Source: a virus (lineage: Duplodnaviria > Heunggongvirae > Uroviricota > Caudoviricetes). Taken from it: a DNA stretch of 31,111 nt. Under the pieces are notes generated by a model. That model did not search any database and was not told the DNA's origin. It worked only from the letters and a program-made list of their open reading frames with translations. Shown here piece after piece: positions 25,672 to 31,111 of the stretch. How positions within the stretch are numbered: position 1 is the first letter of the stretch; each line of letters begins with the position of its first letter. A program made the translations under genes and the position numbers. The DNA lies in IMG/VR virus record IMGVR_UViG_2563366800_000008; one strand, written 5' to 3'.

Positions 25672-27002
25672 TGGCTGCTACCCGATGGGAAGACCTGCGC
25701 GATGCTTCGTTCCGGGGCGTCTCGTTTTATCTGGTCGATAACGAAGGCACCAGCGGCCGTCGGGCAATTCCCCGCGCCTACCCCAAAAAAGAAGTGGGCT
25801 GGACCGAGGATAACGGTGCCGTTCTGACCCAACAGCAAATCAACGGCAAGCTGATTGGAAAGAACTACCAGAGCCAACTGGAGGCACTTCTCCGGGCTCT
25901 GAACACACCTGGACCCGGTGAACTTATCCATCCGTGGTTCGGCATTCAGAAGGTTCAGATTGGTAAGGTGACTCACCGTCTGAGCACTGAGGAAGGCGGC
26001 ATTGCCTACATCTCTTTTGAGGTATCTGAGGCGGGCGAGCGCCTGTTTCCTGCGCCGGCAGAAAATACCAGCCTGACGGTACTCAGCGCAGCGGATAAGG
26101 TCAAAGCTGCGCTGGCGAATGGCGATGTCTTTGCCCTGCTTGATGGTCTTGGTGAGATGGCCGATACGTGGATGGACGACATGGAAAATCTGGTAGTGGG
26201 TGTGCTGACGCTGCCCTCCGCGATTACTGAATGGACTGACCGTTTAGGGCGTTTTCGTGGGTTGATTGAGCTGGCCGTCGCGAAACCAGCCGGATTTATC
26301 AATGATGTTCTGAACCTTGTCAGCGGTGTACGCGACACCGTGACCGAACCTCTTTGGTCAATGCGGGTTTATGATCAGATCCGCAACCGGTGGCAGGGAG
26401 ATCAGTTTTCCGGTTCTTCATCTTCGCCGTGGTCGTCGCCGGTTTCGCCAACAAATACAAGTGACCGGGCGACAGCCGCTGCACTTCACCAGTTGCCCAA
26501 ATACATGTCAGTCACACCAGGTTCAGTGACTGACGGAAAGTATGGTTTTGCCAGCAGCCTTCCGGACGTTGTCCCTGAACTGACCGATGCCATGCAGGCC
26601 AACATCACTCATTTTCGTCAGCTGATTGTCGTTGCCAGCCTAATTGGACAGGCAGAGACCGTTGCCAGCACCGAGTTCAGAAGTAGTGAGGAAGCCATAA
26701 GTGCGGGTGACACGCTGGCTGAGCAACTGAATGAACAAGCTGTGTATGCCGTAGAAAACGGTCAGCGGAATTTGTGGCATGCCCTGCGCGAGCTGCGCTT
26801 TGCCGTCGTCAATGACGTGCGGGTCAGAAGCGCTCAGCTACCACAGACACGAACGGTCATTCTGACCACAACGTCCCCGGTATCTCTGATTGCATGGCGT
26901 GAAACCGGTAATACCGAGAACCGTGACGCCATCGCGTCAAGGAACCGATTGAAAGACCCGGCGTTCGTTCTTCCGGGTAAACCTGTCGAGGTAACAGATT
27001 GA
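25671..27002 (+). CDS. DNA circularization protein (Mu N family)
   Basis: 443-aa ORF directly after the tape measure, the position of Mu N; start overlaps the upstream stop. Confidence 0.75.
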   Translation: MAATRWEDLRDASFRGVSFYLVDNEGTSGRRAIPRAYPKKEVGWTEDNGAVLTQQQINGKLIGKNYQSQLEALLRALNTPGPGELIHPWFGIQKVQIGKVTHRLSTEEGGIAYISFEVSEAGERLFPAPAENTSLTVLSAADKVKAALANGDVFALLDGLGEMADTWMDDMENLVVGVLTLPSAITEWTDRLGRFRGLIELAVAKPAGFINDVLNLVSGVRDTVTEPLWSMRVYDQIRNRWQGDQFSGSSSSPWSSPVSPTNTSDRATAAALHQLPKYMSVTPGSVTDGKYGFASSLPDVVPELTDAMQANITHFRQLIVVASLIGQAETVASTEFRSSEEAISAGDTLAEQLNEQAVYAVENGQRNLWHALRELRFAVVNDVRVRSAQLPQTRTVILTTTSPVSLIAWRETGNTENRDAIASRNRLKDPAFVLPGKPVEVTD

Positions 27003-28093
27003 TGGAAATGGTTGTGCTTGAGGTTGACGGCCAGCAGTGGGACGGATGGACAGAGATGTCCATCACTTCCTCACTGGAGGCTGTTGCCGGCGAATTTGAT
27101 CTCACTGTCACCACACAATGGTCAGAAGCATCACCACGCGTGATTAAGCAGGGCATGCCCTGCATCGTCAGGCTGGGAAAAGATACGGTTCTGACGGGGT
27201 ATATTGATGATTTCATTCCCAGCTATGACGCAGAAAACATGAGTATTCGCGTTATGGGGCGGGATAAAACCGGCGATCTCGTTGACAGCTCAGTGGTGCA
27301 TAAATCCGGCCAGTGGAAAGGTGTTCGACTGGAGCAACTGGCAGTGGAAATCTGCAAACCCTATGGCATCAGTGTTATCAGTGAAACTGACACTGGTGAA
27401 ACCTTCGGTAGCGTGGTGCTTGAACAGGGAGAGACCGCCTTCGATCTTCTTGACCGCCTGGCTAAACAACGCGGCGTTCTGCTGACTGCTGATGGTCTGG
27501 GTAATCTGATCATCACCCGTGCATCAACAAAGCGTGCCGGCGTTCCTCTGATTTTCGGGACCAATATTCTTGCAGCCCGCGGCCGGTTCAGCTGGCGTGA
27601 GAGAAACAGCCAGTACATCGTGAAAGGCACCTCCAGTGCGGGTGGGAGCACGTGGGACGATCAGCCAGTCAAAGTGATTGGAGGACGTCAGACCATCGTT
27701 GATGATGGTGACATCAACCGTTACCGCCCGAAAATTCTGGTCAATGAAGACAGCCTGACCGTCGGAGGCGCAAGTACACGCGGTGAATGGTACAAAGCGC
27801 GGATGATGGGCGAAGCCAACAGCACCGAAATTACACTGGCAGGATGGCGAGAGAATGGCGATGAAGGCCCGTTATGGCAGAAAAACAGGCGCGTTGATAT
27901 TGATGACCCGGTACAGAACCTGAAGGACTCATGGCTGATTAAAACCGTCACGTTTACTGAAGGTGATAACGGACGTCTCTGCGTTCTGACGCTGGTTCCC
28001 CCTGAGTCGATGGATATGCCTGAAACCAGTGCGAAAAAAGCAGGCAAGAAAGGCAAGAGATCAAAGGCAAAAACGGAGGAAACATGGGACTGA
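26999..28093 (+). CDS. Baseplate hub / tail protein (Mu P family, gpD-like)
   Basis: 364-aa ORF in the Mu P position, with a basic Lys-rich C-terminal tail. Confidence 0.75.
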   Translation: MMEMVVLEVDGQQWDGWTEMSITSSLEAVAGEFDLTVTTQWSEASPRVIKQGMPCIVRLGKDTVLTGYIDDFIPSYDAENMSIRVMGRDKTGDLVDSSVVHKSGQWKGVRLEQLAVEICKPYGISVISETDTGETFGSVVLEQGETAFDLLDRLAKQRGVLLTADGLGNLIITRASTKRAGVPLIFGTNILAARGRFSWRERNSQYIVKGTSSAGGSTWDDQPVKVIGGRQTIVDDGDINRYRPKILVNEDSLTVGGASTRGEWYKARMMGEANSTEITLAGWRENGDEGPLWQKNRRVDIDDPVQNLKDSWLIKTVTFTEGDNGRLCVLTLVPPESMDMPETSAKKAGKKGKRSKAKTEETWD

Positions 28094-28626
28094 ATCCGGC
28101 AAATATCGGTCGCACACTTGAAGGTATTGGACGCCGGCTGCGATTGCTCGTTGACAGGGCCGTTGTTCGTATCGTTACAGACAGTCTCGGGCGTCAGAAC
28201 CTCCAGATCCAGTCTCTGGCGGATTCCACCAATGATGATGTTGAACGTTTCCAGAACTACGGCCTGACGTCTGTGCCGCCAGTCGGTTCAGAAGCACTCA
28301 TTCTGGCAGTGGGGGGACGCCGGGAAGGTCTGGTGGCAATCGCTGTTGAAGACAAGCGCTGTCGTCCAAAAGGTCTGGAGGATGGAGAGGTCAGGTTATA
28401 TCACGGCGATGGTCAGTCTTATATCACCCTGAAAAAAGGTGGTCTTATCGACGTTAAAGGGAAATCGGTTAATTACGATGCCGGCGAATTGTTTGCGATA
28501 AATACAAAATTATTAAAAGTTAACGGCCCATCTGTATTTTCAAATGATATTCAGGTCGCCGGTAAATCTGTTCTTGAGCATTTCCATATGGACGGGGATG
28601 GCAAAAAAACATCGGAGATGAAATGA
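28084..28626 (+). CDS. Baseplate assembly protein V-like (spike)
   Basis: 180-aa ORF in the conserved baseplate order. Confidence 0.7.
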   Translation: MGLNPANIGRTLEGIGRRLRLLVDRAVVRIVTDSLGRQNLQIQSLADSTNDDVERFQNYGLTSVPPVGSEALILAVGGRREGLVAIAVEDKRCRPKGLEDGEVRLYHGDGQSYITLKKGGLIDVKGKSVNYDAGELFAINTKLLKVNGPSVFSNDIQVAGKSVLEHFHMDGDGKKTSEMK

Positions 28627-29075
28627 CTATTGGTATCAGCTGGAATAATCAACTCTCCAGAGGTGAACTGACAATTAACCATGATGGTTTATCGCGTGAT
28701 GAAGGACTGGTCACTTTGGTTCTGATTTGTCTTTTCACCGACGTCCGTGCTGATACTGATGACATTATTCCTGATAACTCATCGGACCCGAGAGGCTGGC
28801 CCGGCGACACATTTAGTGATTATCCGTGGGGATCGAAACTCTGGTTGCTGGATCGCGAGAAGCTGACGGAATCCGTCAGAATGCGGGTGGAAGATTATGC
28901 ACTGCTTTCTATGCAACCGCTTTTACGTTCTGGTTATGCGCGTAATGCAGCAGTCACAGCCACTATAAGCGGCAATGACCGAATTAATTTTATTGTCATT
29001 CTAACCCGCCCGGATAAAACGACGCTCCGGATTGAAATAAGTAAACGCTGGGAGTCCACTGCTAATGCCTTATAA
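28623..29075 (+). CDS. Baseplate protein, GP46 family (gpW/gp25-like)
   Basis: 150-aa ORF immediately upstream of the baseplate J gene. Confidence 0.7.
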   Translation: MTIGISWNNQLSRGELTINHDGLSRDEGLVTLVLICLFTDVRADTDDIIPDNSSDPRGWPGDTFSDYPWGSKLWLLDREKLTESVRMRVEDYALLSMQPLLRSGYARNAAVTATISGNDRINFIVILTRPDKTTLRIEISKRWESTANAL

Positions 29076-30141
29076 CGTTCCCGCGCTGCGCAAGCTTATT
29101 ACTGACGGCGAAAAAGATATTGCCTTTGAACTGGGGCTGCAAAAACTTCCGCCAGTAGGCGTTGAGAAAGCTCTAAATACCTCATTCAGCAATCAGGTTC
29201 GTGATTTATACGACCATCAGAGCTGGATTAAAGACCAGATTATTCCGTCTGTTAAATCTGATGATGAAACCATCATTGAGACTGCGGCCAGCGAAGGCGT
29301 CGTCAGAAAACAGGCCACGTTTGCTACGGGGCCGGCGGTATTTAAAGGGAATACACCGCTGCCGGAAGATATGGAGATGCAAACCGCTACCGGTATTGTT
29401 TATGCCGTGACGACTTCCGGCGTTCCTGTAGATGGGGTCATGACTGTAACCATTCAGGCCAGCGATGCCGGCGCGTCAGGAAACCTTCCGGAAGGTGAAA
29501 GCCTGACCCTGCTGTCCCCCGTTCCCGGCGTGGAAAGTATTGGTTTAACGGGTACGGGAGGCATCATCGGTGGTTCGGATATTGAGCCAGTTTCTGAATT
29601 GCTTGACCGGCTTTTATTCCGTAAACGCAATCCCCCCGTTGGTGGGGCTGTGCATGACTATGTCATCTGGGCGCGAGAAATGGCTGGTGTCAGTCGGGCG
29701 TGGGCATTTGATGCCTGGCATGGTCCCTGCACAATCGGACTGGCATGGGTTTATGACGATCGTTCAGTGATTACCCCCGGATATCAGGACCGGAAAAATA
29801 TGGAAGATTACCTTTTCCGTCATACCGACCCGGCGACTGGCGTATGGGTTGGTAAACCTGGAGGAATAGAAGTCTGGCCCGTGGAACTGGTGCTCCGTCC
29901 CGTCAATATGATTATTGGCATAACACCGGATACACCGGCCACGCGTAAAGCTGTCCAGTCCCGCCTGTTGACGCTTCAGAAGACGCTGCAACCAGGACAA
30001 ACGCTGCCCATTTCAGCGATTCGCACTGCTATCGGCACCGCATCTGGCGTGACGGATTACACGCTGAATCTGACCGCTGACATTCCCTGTGCTCAGAATG
30101 AACTTATCACTATCGGAGTGCTGACATGGCCCACAGTGTAG
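29065..30141 (+). CDS. Baseplate J-like protein (Mu gp47)
   Basis: 358-aa ORF in the baseplate wedge position. Confidence 0.8.
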   Translation: MPYNVPALRKLITDGEKDIAFELGLQKLPPVGVEKALNTSFSNQVRDLYDHQSWIKDQIIPSVKSDDETIIETAASEGVVRKQATFATGPAVFKGNTPLPEDMEMQTATGIVYAVTTSGVPVDGVMTVTIQASDAGASGNLPEGESLTLLSPVPGVESIGLTGTGGIIGGSDIEPVSELLDRLLFRKRNPPVGGAVHDYVIWAREMAGVSRAWAFDAWHGPCTIGLAWVYDDRSVITPGYQDRKNMEDYLFRHTDPATGVWVGKPGGIEVWPVELVLRPVNMIIGITPDTPATRKAVQSRLLTLQKTLQPGQTLPISAIRTAIGTASGVTDYTLNLTADIPCAQNELITIGVLTWPTV

Positions 30142-30716
30142 ATGAATGGCTGGGCGCTTTATGGCAGGTCATGCCACGTGGCAAAGCGTGGTCACGCGAT
30201 GAGGATGGTGATTTAAACCGTTTTTTACGGGCGTTAGCCAGGCGTTTAAGTCAGACGGAATTTGATGCAGAAAACCTGCTACCGGAGATGCGGCCAGAAA
30301 CAACATTTATGCTGCTGGAAGAATGGGAGGAATACCTTGAACTGCCGGAGTGTGGGCAGTTAAGCGGTACTGTAGAAGACCGACGTCGTGCTGTCGTGGA
30401 GAAGTATCACCGCAAAGGTGGCCTTTCCCCGTGGCAGATTGAAGCTGTGGCTGCCGCGCTTGGATTTACTATCCGGGTTACTGTCATTCTGCCTCACCAC
30501 TGCATGCGTAGCTGCGTGTATCCCCTTTATCCAGCTCGTTATCGCTGGACGTTACAGATTGATGTGATCGGTATCAACGGCGGACGTTTTACCTGTATCG
30601 ATAACGTCATGACACCGCTTCTGAGCGAACGTGCAAGAGAACTGGAGTGTGTGCTGACGAAATACCGTCTCGGCGGCACAGCATACGAATATTTTTATTC
30701 TTCAGGAGATAACTGA
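30126..30716 (+). CDS. Tail protein, Mu gp48 family (gpI-like)
   Basis: 196-aa ORF directly before the tail fibre gene. Confidence 0.7.
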   Translation: MAHSVDEWLGALWQVMPRGKAWSRDEDGDLNRFLRALARRLSQTEFDAENLLPEMRPETTFMLLEEWEEYLELPECGQLSGTVEDRRRAVVEKYHRKGGLSPWQIEAVAAALGFTIRVTVILPHHCMRSCVYPLYPARYRWTLQIDVIGINGGRFTCIDNVMTPLLSERARELECVLTKYRLGGTAYEYFYSSGDN

Positions 30717-31111
30717 TGTTTCACGTAGATAATTCAACCGGTGTTCCGGTTATGCCACAACCGTCTCCTGTCACCAGTGAGACCGAGCTTTTCTTTACTG
30801 AAGGAGGTAATGGCGTTCCTCCGACGTATCCCGGACCGGACTGGTTTAATGTCATTCAAAGCGAGCTGCTCAATATTCTCAAGGCCGCTGGGATTGATCC
30901 TGACAAAATGGACAACACGCAGATTCTGGTCGCTCTCAAAAAACTGTTTCTGAGTCGTTCCAATCCATTTGGCGACATTAAAGCAGATGGTGCGGCAGCA
31001 ATCGCGGCGGCTCTCACAAACCTTGGTTTGGGAGAAGCAGCTAAAAGGAATGTAGGTACAGGGGCGAATCAGATACCTGATATGAGCCTGTTCGCGTCAA
31101 GTAATACCGCA
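30716..31111 (+). CDS. Tail fibre protein, N-terminal part; runs off the window
   Basis: Open frame from ATG 30716 (overlapping the previous stop) with no stop to the window end; not in the ORF track because it is open-ended. Translation [60 protein letters not shown] resembles P2 H / Mu S tail fibre N-termini. Confidence 0.8.
   Translation, partial: MFHVDNSTGVPVMPQPSPVTSETELFFTEGGNGVPPTYPGPDWFNVIQSELLNILKAAGIDPDKMDNTQILVALKKLFLSRSNPFGDIKADGAAAIAAALTNLGLGEAAKRNVGTGANQIPDMSLFASSNTA

Larger units (their letters stand above)
1210..31111 (+). mobile_element. Mu-like transposable prophage, left end plus about 30 kb; continues past the window end
   Basis: Mu gene order: repressor, ner, DDE transposase, B ATPase, gam, gemA, mor, lysis, terminase, portal, head, contractile tail, baseplate. 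Left boundary inferred from where the host dgcM frame breaks; right end not in window. Confidence 0.85.

Noticed and set aside
30741-30953. 70-aa plus-strand ORF
   Set aside because: Out of frame within the tail fibre reading frame that starts at 30716 and remains open to the window end.
1-31111. CRISPR arrays, tRNA/rRNA genes, tyrosine or serine integrase
   Set aside because: No regularly spaced repeat-spacer pattern, no cloverleaf-like candidates and no integrase-like ORF seen; the element moves by DDE transposition, so an integrase and tRNA attachment site are not expected.

Overview
About 29.9 kb of this window (from ~1210 to the end) is the left part of a Mu-like transposable prophage, inserted into the 5' end of a host PAS-GGDEF diguanylate cyclase gene that I recognise as E. 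coli dgcM/ydaM (1..1128, minus strand). All prophage genes except the repressor are on the + strand, in Mu order: leftward repressor, then ner, DDE transposase A, AAA+ B, an accessory block of small unknown ORFs around gam, gemA, a single Mor/C-family activator, a lysis cassette, terminase, portal, head, tail and baseplate genes, and the start of a tail fibre gene that runs off the window. No tRNA, rRNA, CRISPR array or integrase was seen. All calls rest on reading the ORF translations and the DNA by eye; no searches were run. The most interesting things are regulatory and accessory: a 16-nt motif shared upstream of the lysis and head operons, a 9-mer array before the head gene, a 10-bp periodic repeat at the prophage end, an AT-rich membrane-protein moron, and unassigned small ORFs in the early region.
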